DNA of 64,000 nucleotides from Eledone cirrhosa (taxonomy: Eukaryota): NCBI GenBank assembly GCA_964016885.1, contig OZ024748.1:25172001-25236000 (forward strand). The letters are read 5' to 3'. This document shows positions 24,473 through 38,798 of the stretch, piece by piece. The position numbers and the translations under genes are program-made. Position 1 is the stretch's first letter. Each line of letters starts with the position of its first letter. The notes below the pieces were generated by a model. The model ran no database searches. It saw nothing but the letters and a program-made list of their open reading frames with translations, and was not told the DNA's origin.

Positions 24473-26728
24473 TCACATAATTACTAATTGTTGTCATAAA
24501 TATTCTAAATCCATATTCGCATCATTAATTGTTGTGTTTAGTTTTTATGAAACATTGTTGCCATGTTTCTACCACATACTTTTTATTTCTCTTTCCGCTA
24601 CGATTACGTGAACTTACCAAAACCAACTAAATACAAAATACATGAACCATGACTCAGGAACATATGACGTCACTGTTTGTATTGTGGTTCCATTAGGCTA
24701 AACCTTGCTTAACATTTCAATTGTATTAGAACTACTGACTACCCTGTTTGCTCTGATGACGCATGGTTCAGGTGGGGTGTTTGGGTTAGGGTCGTAAATG
24801 CTGTATGTTCGATTGAGCCATCATATGTCACGTTGTGTCAGTCAAGTCAGCTTGCAAAAATAAGCTGTGCCTGTAATTCAAAGAACTAGCTTTGTTACTC
24901 TGAATCTCCCTGAGAACTGTGTTAAGTGTACACGTGCCTGTGGAATGTTCACTACTCGTGCATGTTCATTCCATGAGCAGGCTGTTCCGTTGATAGAATT
25001 ACTTGGAACACAAGCATGTCTGTCTGTCTGTCTGTCTGTCTGTGTGTATGTATGTATGTGTGTATGTGTCATTATGTATGTATATGTGTGTGTATGTATG
25101 TGTGTGTGTGTATGTATGTATGTATGTATGTATGTGTATGTATGTGCGTGTATGTATGTTTGTATGTAAGTATTCATTCGTAGACAATGCAATGTAATGA
25201 AATTTTTACACTGTACTCTAGTCGAAACATGAATTACTGACAAAACACCTTATGGATTAAGTCAATCACCATCCGTTTTGTTTTAATGAAAACATATGTT
25301 AGTATGAACGACCTTCTGTCATATTGAAAGCTACAAACCTTTTTTTTTATTTTATATAGAGAGAAGACTTTCATATAGAAACATGGCTGGCTTTTTAGTC
25401 ATTCTAGTTTAATTTACTGAATTTGTTAGCATTTATTGAATAAAATAGGTCAAGGTTCTTCAAATTGTTTAAAGAAGTGGGCATATTGTATTTATTTGGA
25501 GCTTGGTGGTCCAAAACAAATGTCGATTTATAGAGTAAGAATAAATTACAAGAATAAAGACAACAGTCCCTGAAAAAAATATACTACATATAAAATATAT
25601 ATTAGATGGCTGTTTCAGTCCGGTTACGTATGCCAAGTTTGGAAGGATGGGTGGTCGGCGTTTGATTTGCCGAATTTGGGGTGGTGAGTACGGTTTGGTT
25701 TGGCAGAAGTCATGGGTATATGTTGGCATTCGGTCTTATTTATGTATATATATAAGTTCTTATAAATTATGGGAACGCAGAAAATAACTGTGACTGCTGA
25801 CCATCGTTATAAATAATAGCTTGAAAATTCGGGTAAAATAACCATAGAAACGGAAAAGCATCAATAGGGAATCCGAATTAAGGTTTAATTGAATACTTGA
25901 CTTACTTTATATTTCTGGTGGAAGGATGCAACCACTCAGCAATTTCTGGATAAGAGTGAATTGACAGAAGTAGTTGTTGGGTGAAAGAGTAGCTTTCGTG
26001 AAACTGGTTTCATAAAGGATCCTGTGAAACCCAATACAACTTGGAAGGATAAAGTATTTCGTTGGGCATGTAGTACGATAGAAGCTACTGTTTGATACGA
26101 TGGAAGTTATGTTTTGGCACAAAATATTATTAGAAGCGCTACAAAGAGAGTTTGTCTTGCCAAGCAGCACTATATGATAGATGGACAGCACTCCATTATT
26201 TTCACTAAGCAGGACAAAACCATCGCTAACTTTGCAGAATCAGTACGTGGAATCACAACAAACTCCATAGAGAGTATGTACCCAAGACACTGCTCATTAG
26301 GATCGAACTTAAGACTAAATGTTTACAAACCGAACTCCTTAACCATTCAGCCATGTTGTGTCCACACCGAAACCACTAAAAGAATAGTGTATCCAAGTCT
26401 TATATCAGTAGCGTAGCTAAGGTGGGGCAGCCCACCCCGGGCGGCACTTTTGGGTCTGTTGTATATGCCTGTATAGGCTGGGGGAGGCAAACTCAAGACC
26501 TGCCCGGGCGGCACACATACAATTATTATCCAATGCATTTTCCTTTACTATTATTTTTTTTTTTAAACAAAAAGAAGGGATTTACTTCAAGGAAGAATTG
26601 GCTACAATTTCAAGTAGGTTGAGAGACCACCTAGAAACTCGTTCTCTCGTTGGCTAGAAACGGCATTTCTTAAATCTTTTGGCATGTTATGGTTTCATTT
26701 TTTCTTAATAATAAACATTTATATATAT

Positions 26729-26900
<172 letters not shown>

Positions 26901-27626
26901 TAATATAGGGAGGGATTGTTAAAACCATTTCCAATCATGTGGGAATTATCACACTATAGCAATAACAACCGTTATTATAGAAATATAATAACAATTTAAA
27001 AGAAAACAAGCATTCGTACTTTATGCGAGGAGGTTAATTATTGTGTTTGTGAAAACCAATCTATTGAAATATCTCCACAACACGATGTAGGTATATATGA
27101 TATATTATATTATATAAGATGTACTACATACATATATTATTTCCTTCGTGATTGATATTTGATAGCATGTCACAGAGAGAGGATGGGGGAGAAGGAGAGA
27201 GTAGGGAGAGAGGGCGAGAGGGGGGAGAGGTGAAGAAGGAGAGAGGGCGAGAGGGGGGAGAGGTGAAGAAGGAGAGAGGGAGAGAGGTGAAGAAGGAAAG
27301 GGGGGAAGGGGCAGAAGGAGAGAGAGAAGGAGAGAGGGGAAGAGAGAGAAGAAGAAAGGGTAAGAGAGGAGCAGAGCGAGGGTGGGGAGAGGCCGAGAGA
27401 GAGAGGTGAGAGACAGAAAAGGAGAGCGAGAGGGGGGGTGAGAGAAAGAGAAAAAGAAAAAGGAGAGATAGGGTGAAAGAGAGAGAAAAGGAGAGAAAAG
27501 AATGAGAAGGTGGTTGAGAGAGAGAGAGAAAGGAATAAGAGAGGGAGAGAGAGGGGGGGGTAAGTGAGGAAGAGATGTGAAAGTGTTTCCTCTTGGAATG
27601 GTATATTGTGTAGATCAGAAGTTATT

Positions 27627-27790
27627 TAGTTTCACCGTCTTTCTCCCTCCTACCACCCCACCCCTTAGTTTCACCGTCTTTCTCCCTCCTACCACCCCAC
27701 CCCACCCCTTAGTTTCACCGTCTTTCTCCCTCCTACCACCCCACCCCACCCCTTAGTTTCACCGTCTTTCTCCCTCCTACCACCCCACCC
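27627..27790. repeat. Tandem repeat of about 38-43 bp, 4 copies
   Basis: ttagtttcaccgtctttctccctcctaccaccccaccc. Confidence 0.9.
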
Positions 27791-28009
27791 CGCCCTTCTA
27801 TTTATATTATTCATGGTATTTGTTTTATTTGTATTTATTTATTCTGAATTAAGCGACTGTTTTTTTATTTTTAAATTATCACCTTCCGTTTCCTTGTAGG
27901 GCAGGGGGGGGTAGTGGTGGTGGTGGTGGTGGTGGTGGTGGTTGGGGCGGTCGTAGTTGTGGTAGTGATGGCGGCAGTGAGGGCCGTGATTATGGTTGTC
28001 GCGGAGTCT

Positions 28010-28232
28010 TTCATTATTCCGGGATCGATAAAATAATTTACCAGTCAAATACTGAGGATCAATATAATCGATTTCCCCTTCCCCACAAATTGTTAGCCTT
28101 GTGCCTAAATTTAGAAATCCTTATTAACGGCGGTGGATTGGCAGAATCAGTAGAGCGTCGGACAATCTACTTTGCGGCATATAGTTACGTCCCTTTACGT
28201 TCTGATTTCAAATCCCGCCGAGGTTAATTTTG
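28010..28232 (+). mobile_element. SINE family A: a tail fragment plus a head copy cut off just before the 47-bp array
   Basis: ggcggtggattggcagaatcagtagagcgtcggac...ttcaaatcccgccgaggttaa, then similarity stops. Confidence 0.82.
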
Positions 28233-28255
28233 GAGCTTTTCGTGATTATCCATGA

Positions 28256-31200
28256 ACGCCACAGACAATGGTAGAACTGTACAGGTACATCTGGAATGGT
28301 AGACACCACAGACAATGGTAGAACTGTACAGGTACATCTGGAGTGGTAGACACCACAGACAATGGTAGAACTGTACAGGTACATCTGGAATGGTAGACAC
28401 CACAGACAATGGTAGAACTGTACAGGTACATCTGGAGTGGTAGACACCACAGACAATGGTAGAACTGTACAGGTACATCTGGAATGGTAGACACCACAGA
28501 CAATGGTAGAACTGTACAGGTACATCTGGAATGGTAGACACCACAGACAATGATAGAACTGTACAGGTACATCTGGAGTGGTAGACACCACAGACAATGG
28601 TAGAACTGTACAGGTACATCTGGAATGGTAGACACCACAGACAATGGTAGAACTGTACAGGTACATCTGGAATGGTAGACACCACAGACAATGGTAGAAC
28701 TGTACAGGTACATCTGGAGTGGTAGACACCACAGACAATGGTAGAACTGTACAGGTACATCTGGAATGGTAGACACCACAGACAATGGTAGAACTGTACA
28801 GGTACATCTGGAATGGTAGACACCACAGACAATGGTAGAACTGTACAGGTACATCTGGAGTGGTAGACACCACAGACAATGGTAGAACTGTACAGGTACA
28901 TCTGGAGTGGTAGACACCACAGACAATGGTAGAACTGTACAGGTACATCTGGAATGGTAGACACCACAGACAATGGTAGAACTGTACAGGTACATCTGGA
29001 GTGGTAGACACCACAGACAATGGTAGAACTGTACAGGTACATCTGGAGTGGTAGACACCACAGACAATGGTAGAACTGTACAGGTACATCTGGAATGGTA
29101 GACACCACAGACAATGGTAGAACTGTACAGGTACATCTGGAGTGGTAGACACCACAGACAATGGTAGAACTGTACAGGTACATCTGGAATGGTAGACACC
29201 ACAGACAATGGTAGAACTGTACAGGTACATCTGGAATGGTAGACGCCACAGACAATGGTAGAACTGTACAGGTACATCTGGAGTGGTAGACACCACAGAC
29301 AACGGTAGAACTGTACAGGTACATCTGGAATGGTAGACACCACAGACAATGGTAGAACTGTACAGGTACATCTGGAATGGTAGACGCCACAGACAATGGT
29401 AGAACTGTACAGGTACATCTGGAATGGTAGACGCCACAGACAATGGTAGAACTGTACAGGTACATCTGGAATGGTAGACACCACAGACAATGGTAGAACT
29501 CTACAGGTACATCTGGAATGGTAGACACCACAGACAATGGTAGAACTGTACAGGTACATCTGGAATGGTAGACGCCACAGACAATGGTAGAACTGTACAG
29601 GTACATCTGGAATGGTAGACGCCACAGACAATGGTAGAACTGTACAGGTACATCTGGAATGGTAGACGCCACAGACAATGGTAGAACTGTACAGGTACAT
29701 CTGGAATGGTAGACGCCACAGACAATGGTAGAACTGTACAGGTACATCTGGAATGGTAGACGCCACAGACAATGGTAGAACTGTACAGGTACATCTGGAA
29801 TGGTAGACGCCACAGACAATGGTAGAACTGTACAGGTACATCTGGAATGGTAGACACCACAGACAATGGTAGAACTGTACAGGTACATCTGGAATGGTAG
29901 ACGCCACAGACAATGGTAGAACTGTACAGGTACATCTGGAATGGTAGACGCCACAGACAATGGTAGAACTGTACAGGTACATCTGGAATGGTAGACGCCA
30001 CAGACAATGGTAGAACTGTACAGGTACATCTGGAATGGTAGACGCCACAGACAATGGTAGAACTGTACAGGTACATCTGGAATGGTAGACGCCACAGACA
30101 ATGGTAGAACTGTACAGGTACATCTGGAATGGTAGACACCACAGACAATGGTAGAACTGTACAGGTACATCTGGAATGGTAGACACCACAGACAATGGTA
30201 GAACTGTACAGGTACATCTGGAATGGTATACGCCACAGACAATGGTAGAACTGTACAGGTACATCTGGAATGGTAGACGCCACAGACAATGGTAGAACTG
30301 TACAGGTACATCTGGAATGGTAGACGCCACAGACAATGGTAGAACTGTACAGGTACATCTGGAATGGTAGACGCCACAGACAATGGTAGAACTGTACAGG
30401 TACATCTGGAGTGGTAGACACCACAGACAATGGTAGAACTGTACAGGTACATCTGGAATGGTAGACACCACAGACAATGGTAGAACTGTACAGGTACATC
30501 TGGAATGGTAGACACCACAGACAATGGCAGAACTGTACAGGTACATCTGGAATGGTAGACACCACAGACAATGGTAGAACTGTACAGGTACATCTGGAAT
30601 GGTAGACACCACAGACAATGGTAGAACTGTACAGGTACATCTGGAATGGTAGACACCACAGACAATGATAGAACTGTACAGGTACATCTGGAGTGGTAGA
30701 CACCACAGACAATGGTAGAACTGTACAGGTACATCTGGAATGGTAGACGCCACAGACAATGGTAGAACTGTACAGGTACATCTGGAGTGGTAGACACCAC
30801 AGACAATGGTAGAACTCTACAGGTACATCTGGAATGGTAGACACCACAGACAATGGTAGAACTGTACAGGTACATCTGGAATGGTAGACGCCACAGACAA
30901 TGGTAGAACTGTACAGGTACATCTGGAATGGTAGACGCCACAGACAATGGTAGAACTGTACAGGTACATCTGGAATGGTAGACGCCACAGACAATGGTAG
31001 AACTGTACAGGTACATCTGGAATGGTAGACGCCACAGACAATGGTAGAACTGTACAGGTACATCTGGAGTGGTAGACACCACAGACAATGGTAGAACTGT
31101 ACAGGTACATCTGGAATGGTAGACACCACAGACAATGGTAGAACTGTACAGGTACATCTGGAATGGTAGACACCACAGACAATGGCAGAACTGTACAGGT

Positions 31201-34200
31201 ACATCTGGAATGGTAGACACCACAGACAATGGTAGAACTGTACAGGTACATCTGGAATGGTAGACACCACAGACAATGGTAGAACTGTACAGGTACATCT
31301 GGAATGGTAGACACCACAGACAATGATAGAACTGTACAGGTACATCTGGAGTGGTAGACACCACAGACAATGGTAGAACTGTACAGGTACATCTGGAATG
31401 GTAGACGCCACAGACAATGGTAGAACTGTACAGGTACATCTGGAGTGGTAGACACCACAGACAATGGTAGAACTGTACAGGTACATCTGGAATGGTAGAC
31501 GCCACAGACAATGGTAGAACTGTACAGGTACATCTGGAGTGGTAGACACCACAGACAATGGTAGAACTGTACAGGTACATCTGGAATGGTAGACGCCACA
31601 GACAATGGTAGAACTGTACAGGTACATCTGGAGTGGTAGACACCACAGACAATGGTAGAACTGTACAGGTACATCTGGAATGGTAGACACCACAGACAAT
31701 GGTAGAACTGTACAGGTACATCTGGAGTGGTAGACACCACAGACAATGGTAGAACTGTACAGGTACATCTGGAATGGTAGACACCACAGACAATGGTAGA
31801 ACTGTACAGGTACATCTGGAATGGTAGACACCACAGACAATGGTAGAACTGTACAGGTACATCTGGAATGGTAGACACCACAGACAATGGTAGAACTGTA
31901 CAGGTACATCTGGAATGGTAGACACCACAGACAATAGTAGAACTGTACAGGTACATCTGGAATGGTAGACACCACAGACAATGGTAGAACTGTACAGGTA
32001 CATCTGGAATGGTAGACACCACAGACAATGGTAGAACTGTACAGGTACATCTGGAATGTTAGACACCACAGACAATGGTAGAACTGTACAGGTACATCTG
32101 GAATGGTAGACACCACAGACAATGGTAGAACTGTACAGGTACATCTGGAATGGTAGACACCACAGACAATGGTAGAACTGTACAGGTACATCTGGAATGG
32201 TAGACACCACAGACAATGATAGAACTGTACAGGTACATCTGGAATGGTAGACACCACAGACAATGGTAGAACTGTACAGGTACATCTGGAGTGGTAGACA
32301 CCACAGACAATGGTAGAACTGTACAGGTACATCTGGAATGGTAGACACCACAGACAATGGTAGAACTGTACAGGTACATCTGGAGTGGTAGACACCACAG
32401 ACAATGGTAGAACTGTACAGGTACATCTGGAGTGGTAGACACCACAGACAATGGTAGAACTGTACAGGTACATCTGGAATGGTAGACACCACAGACAATG
32501 GTAGAACTGTACAGGTACATCTGGAATGGTAGACACCACAGACAATGGTAGAACTGTACAGGTACATCTGGAATGGTAGACACCACAGACAATGGTAGAA
32601 CTGTACAGGTACATCTGGAATGGTAGACACCACAGACAATGGTAGAACTGTACAGGTACATCTGGAGTGGTAGACACCACAGACAATGGTAGAACTGTAC
32701 AGGTACATCTGGAATGGTAGACACCACAGACAATGGTAGAACTGTACAGGTACATCTGGAGTGGTAGACACCACAGACAATGGTAGAACTGTACAGGTAC
32801 ATCTGGAATGGTAGACACCACAGACAATGGTAGAACTGTACAGGTACATCTGGAATGGTAGACACCACAGACAATGGTAGAACTGTACAGGTACATCTGG
32901 AATGGTAGACACCACAGACAATGGTAGAACTGTACAGGTACATCTGGAATGGTAGACACCACAGACAATGGTAGAACTGTACAGGTACATCTGGAGTGGT
33001 AGACACCACAGACAATGGTAGAACTGTACAGGTACATCTGGAATGGTAGACACCACAGACAATGGTAGAACTGTACAGGTACATCTGGAATGGTAGACAC
33101 CACAGACAATGGTAGAACTGTACAGGTACATCTGGAATGGTAGATACCACAGACAATGGTAGAACTGTACAGGTACATCTGGAATGGTAGACACCACAGA
33201 CAATGGTAGAACTGTACAGGTACATCTGGAATGGTAGACGCCACAGACAATGGTAGAACTGTACAGGTACATCTGGAATGGTAGACACCACAGACAATGA
33301 TAGAACTGTACAGGTACATCTGGAATGGTAGACACCACAGACAATGGTAGAACTGTACAGGTACATCTGGAGTGGTAGACACCACAGACAATGGTAGAAC
33401 TGTACAGGTACATCTGGAATGGTAGACACCACAGACAATGATAGAACTGTACAGGTACATCTGGAGTGGTAGACACCACAGACAATGGTAGAACTGTACA
33501 GGTACATCTGGAATGGTAGACACCACAGACAATGGTAGAACTGTACAGGTACATCTGGAATGGTAGACACCACAGACAATGGTAGAACTGTACAGGTACA
33601 TCTGGAGTGGTAGACACCACAGACAATGGTAGAACTGTACAGGTACATCTGGAATGGTAGACACCACAGACAATGGTAGAACTGTACAGGTACATCTGGA
33701 ATGGTAGACACCACAGACAATGGTAGAACTGTACAGGTACATCTGGAATGGTAGACACCACAGACAATGGTAGAACTGTACAGGTACATCTGGAATGGTA
33801 GACACCACAGACAATGGTAGAACTGTACAGGTACATCTGGAATGGTAGACACCACAGACAATGGTAGAACTGTACAGGTACATCTGGAATGGTAGATACC
33901 ACAGACAATGGTAGAACTGTACAGGTACATCTGGAATGGTAGACACCACAGACAATGGTAGAACTGTACAGGTACATCTGGAATGGTAGACGCCACAGAC
34001 AATGGTAGAACTGTACAGGTACATCTGGAATGGTAGACACCACAGACAATGATAGAACTGTACAGGTACATCTGGAATGGTAGACACCACAGACAATGGT
34101 AGAACTGTACAGGTACATCTGGAGTGGTAGACACCACAGACAATGGTAGAACTGTACAGGTACATCTGGAATGGTAGACACCACAGACAATGATAGAACT

Positions 34201-34554
34201 GTACAGGTACATCTGGAGTGGTAGACACCACAGACAATGGTAGAACTGTACAGGTACATCTGGAATGGTAGACACCACAGACAATGGTAGAACTGTACAG
34301 GTACATCTGGAATGGTAGACACCACAGACAATGGTAGAACTGTACAGGTACATCTGGAGTGGTAGACACCACAGACAATGGTAGAACTGTACAGGTACAT
34401 CTGGAATGGTAGACACCACAGACAATGGTAGAACTGTACAGGTACATCTGGAATGGTAGACACCACAGACAATGGTAGAACTGTACAGGTACATCTGGAA
34501 TGGTAGACACCACAGACAATGGTAGAACTGTACAGGTACATCTGGAGTGGTAGA
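28256..34554. repeat. 47-bp tandem array, about 134 copies
   Basis: Unit ccacagacaatggtagaactgtacaggtacatctggaatggtagaca. The length (6299 bp) is essentially 134 x 47, and only point variants are seen. Confidence 0.99.
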
Positions 34555-34658
34555 ATGTTCAACAGAGATCCTGCTTGCCTAGGGATATATTTCGAAAGAA
34601 AAATTTGCGTCGTCATCTAACTATATATTCACACCAAGATAAGTTTACTACCTAAACT

Positions 34659-34784
<126 letters not shown>

Positions 34785-34921
34785 TTTCTGAATTTGTTTA
34801 GCAAGATTCTTTATCTGAAAACATGTGTTGAAACCGATATTGTTATGCTTTTGTGTGCCAAAAAACAAGATGGCGTAGGACAGAACAAAGGAGAGGCACA
34901 AAACAAAGAAAAGAATCCCCA

Positions 34922-34964
34922 GTCACTGAAGAGGTCACAGAATGTGTGGCGAAAGAACTTTGAC
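34922..34964 (+). ncRNA. Minimal hammerhead ribozyme motif
   Basis: gtca CTGAAGA g-gtcaca-gaatg-tgtggc GAAA gaac TT tgac. Stem I is perfect, and the GAAAGAACTTTGA core is the same as at 6411-6452. Confidence 0.75.
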
Positions 34965-35112
34965 AATATATGAACAACCGTCCGGTTATGGAACCAACCA
35001 ACCAACCGTAAATTTATAAATTCTTAAATTTATAAATTTAATTTATAATAAATTGGAGTGAAAGCAACTGGTGTGCGTGTTTCTTATTGGCAACATGACC
35101 CTCCCAAAGTAT

Positions 35113-35183
<71 letters not shown>

Positions 35184-35264
35184 GAAAAAGGCAAAGGAAA
35201 AAAGAGTGCTCTATGTATAAAACAGAGCTATTTAATTAGAGAGTGAACAACACAATATATAACT

Positions 35265-35336
35265 CCCCCATTACCAAAGGTTTCAGGACCCTAGAAAATC
35301 TTAACATACGTCTAGTTAGCTCATCAGACAGAGGGG
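35265..35336 (-). ncRNA. Hammerhead-like motif
   Basis: cctctgt CTGATGA gctaactaga...tctagggtcct GAAA cc-ttt-gg TA atggggg. The base of stem II is imperfect. Confidence 0.5.
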
Positions 35337-35519
35337 TTATGTACAGAGGGGTGAGTAAGAAACAATTTAACAAGTGAATTCGTAAGCTTGTAATTTGTTG
35401 TTTTCAGTCCCCATTCCTTCTGTGAACCTAGAAAAGTGATTCAAGTCGTCAGCTGCATATCAGAGTTCTGTTGACACAGCATCTCTCAGAAACTGTCAAT
35501 TGCAGATGGACTCTGAATA

Positions 35520-36047
35520 ATGGTTTCTGATTTAGGCGCAAGGTCAACCATTGGGGGGCGGGGGGCGGGGGATTAAATCGGCCTCAATGTGTTACAAGAA
35601 CTTTATTTTATCGACCCCGTAAGGATGAATGGCAAAGTTAACCTCGGCGTGATTTGAACTCAGAACATAAAGAGCTATAAATCTCTGCCGCAAAGCATGT
35701 TGTGCGACGCTCTATCGATTACTGCCCCAAACCCTTTTGATAATAATAATGGTTCCTGATTTCGGCACAAGGTCCACAATTTGGGGAGAAGATAAAGTCG
35801 ATTAAATCAACCGCAATGCATTACTGGTGCTTTATTCTATCGATCCCGTAAGTCAGAAAGGTAAAGCTAACCTCGGCGGAATTTGAACTTAGAAAGTAAA
35901 GATCCGTAAGTCTATGCCGCAAAGCATGTTGCGATAGTCTATGCCGCAAAGCATGTGCGATACTCTACCGATTCTACTGGCAATCCACCATAACTCTATG
36001 CTGCAAAGCATGGTGTCTGGCGCTCTACCGATGCTGCCAATCCACCG
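35520..36047 (-). mobile_element. SINE family A, two tandem copies with duplicated head pieces
   Basis: Reverse complement of the family A blocks. Confidence 0.85.
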
Positions 36048-36256
36048 TTGTAATTAAACAATACTTTGTACAACACACACTCTGCCACGTTCAATTCAAC
36101 ACACATGATAGATTGCTACAGTATATATAATAGAGAGAGGGAGGGCTGGGGGGGGGTATCCAGCGGTGATCAATGAAGGAAATAATTGATGGTTGTAGAA
36201 AGAGCTGCAGATCTGCTCTGATTCATTCATAAAATTGACTGCCTTCATTTCACAGT

Positions 36257-36835
36257 CACTGCAGTTAACATCACCCGAGTATCACCACCACTACCACCAC
36301 CACTACCACCACTACCACCACCACCACCACCACTGCAGTTAACATCACCCGAGTATCACCACCACCACCACCACTACCACCACCATCACCACTACCACCA
36401 CCACCACCACCACTGCAGTTAACATCACTCGAGTATCACCACCACTACCACCACCACCTCCACCACTACCATCACCACCATCACCACCATCACCACTATC
36501 ACCACCACCACCACCACTGCAGTTAACATCACCCGAGTATCACCACCACTACCACCACCACCTCCACCACTACCATCACCACCATCACCACTACCACCAC
36601 CACCACTACCACCACCACCTTCACCACTACCATCACCACCATCACCACCATCACCACTACCACCACCACCACCACTGCAGTTAACATCACCCGAGTATCA
36701 CCACCACCACCACCACCATCACCACCACCATCACCACCATCACCACCATCACCACTACCACCACCACCATCACCACCACTGCAGTTAACATCACCCGAGT
36801 ACTACCACCACCACCACCACCACTGCAGTTAACAT
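36257..36835. repeat. Compound repeat: constant anchor of about 28 bp plus variable (CAC/TAC/CAT)n tracts, 7 units
   Basis: cactgcagttaacatcacccgagtatca recurs near 36257, 36331, 36411, 36515, 36673, 36777 and 36821 (partial). Confidence 0.92.
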
Positions 36836-37145
36836 CCCCCACATCATCATCATTATCGTGAGCTTAATCATTATTGTGGAAATGTATGCTAGATTAGGGT
36901 TATGTGGTGGTGGTGGTGCTGATGTTGGTGGTGGGGTAGTGGTGATGATGATGGTCTGATGGTAATTATGGTGGTGGTGGTTGGGGTGGTGATGATGATA
37001 ATGATGGCAGCGGCGGTGGTAGTGGCTGTGGCTATAGAGATGACAGAGAGAGTGGTGGTGGCGAGTTTGACCGAACGACCTAAATTCCTTCTGCACGGTT
37101 GCCAATAATGGTGGCAGTGAGTTGCAGACAGACAGACAGATAAAC

Positions 37146-37241
<96 letters not shown>

Positions 37242-37253
37242 ATAGATAGATAT

Positions 37254-37297
<44 letters not shown>

Positions 37298-38798
37298 GAT
37301 AATTATATTGTGAATGATTTACATATGAGACGGTGCAAGACCCAGGGAGTGATTCACGGTTCTGTGATTAACGATGACCGAGTCACGCCAGATGGAGATC
37401 AATACAATAATTGGAATGAACCTCGGTCGGTGTTCACGATCAGTGTTCCAGTTATTCGATTTAGCTGTGATAAATTTGGTAAGACATATCCTTAACGTAA
37501 TTCTCGGGGAGATTCCGTGTGACACAGTGTGTGACAAGACTGACTTTGATTTAAAGATACAGTCCATCTTGTAAGATAGTGCACCCTTAACGTAATTCTC
37601 AGGGAGATTCAGTGTGACACATGTTACTTCTCATGAGCCTGCTCAAGACAAGCACTATACTAAACTTTACTTATATTTAAGTTAAAGTGGGGACTGAATG
37701 CTGGGTGCAAAAATATATTGAAATCACCACCATTCCCTTATATTCACATAGATTCAATCAAGTGTAAAAATCTGTAGTGCTCCTAACACAAATGACCATA
37801 ATAATAGTCGTTCACCATAGATAATTCTTGTGAAATTCTGGAAAAATAGCCCTGATGATAGTGGGGTGGGGTGGACTGAGGCGAGTTACCAAAGTTACCA
37901 TGCAGAGAAATCAAAACTGATATTTCGTGGCTGCGAATTAAACTTCTTTAATACAGAACATGTTCGACTCCATAAACGAAGCGAACCCCTCTCTGGGAGG
38001 GCGTTATAGTTAAGGGTCATTAACACCCAATGAACGTTAGAGACCGTCTATGATATCAACTCCCTCTTGGCCAAGGTTAGGTGTTTAACTATCAGTTATA
38101 TTAAGGCTTTAGGTAGAGAGGCCTATTCGAAAAATATATTGCAGTCCCTCCATCCAACGCTGAAAGAACTGGCGATGGGCCTGCGACCTGTCCTGGAAGG
38201 CGTGGGATGGATGCACAAAGATTGTGCATCACGAGAGCCCAAAAAGGGTCCAGGAGTGAGAAAATCTTACCATGAAGAAATTATCGTAAGTTCAGTGGTG
38301 ATCACCATATCTTTTAGATTAATAGTAATATTCCGGTTGGTTCTAGATTTGTTTTATCTGATAGTGATATTATTGTTGTTATAATTGCATCTGTCTACAT
38401 TGTAAAGTCTCTGTGTTTTTTTCTTTTGTTTTTCGTGTCAGACGAAACGTTTATTTTATCAGATCAGAATTGTGTAAAGACGCCAAGTTCCTTTGGAATG
38501 TCTAACCTTTCCGGAATCTTACTCTTTTTTTGCATATTAAAAACATCCGTTTCAAAGGATTTTTATATCTTTGTCAGATGGTAAATTCTGTTGTATTCTA
38601 AATCTAAACTCATCTATTAGGTTTCCATATGTTCCGCCATCAGTTAAATGAAGCCGGCATCTCATCTCAATCTTCACTATTTTCAATTGTATATATGTAT
38701 GTCCCCGTAACGAAGTGTCTTGGGCACTTTTAAACCTGGTGGAGCCAATCCCTTCTCCATGTCTGAATACAGCCGAGTTTTTCCAGGGAGATAAAAAG

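Noticed and set aside
25880-26280. Coding-like plus-strand stretch including the ORF at 26114-26416
   Set aside because: It is interrupted by stops, has no recognisable domain and lacks convincing splice sites.
28208-34616. ORFs of 2130, 1672, 837, 811, 411 and 403 aa as protein-coding genes
   Set aside because: All are translations of the same 47-bp tandem unit in different frames. They show no codon-phase periodicity and no recognisable domain.
36257-36835. CRISPR-like repeat-spacer array
   Set aside because: The spacers are related low-complexity trinucleotide tracts of very unequal length, the context is eukaryotic, and there are no cas genes.
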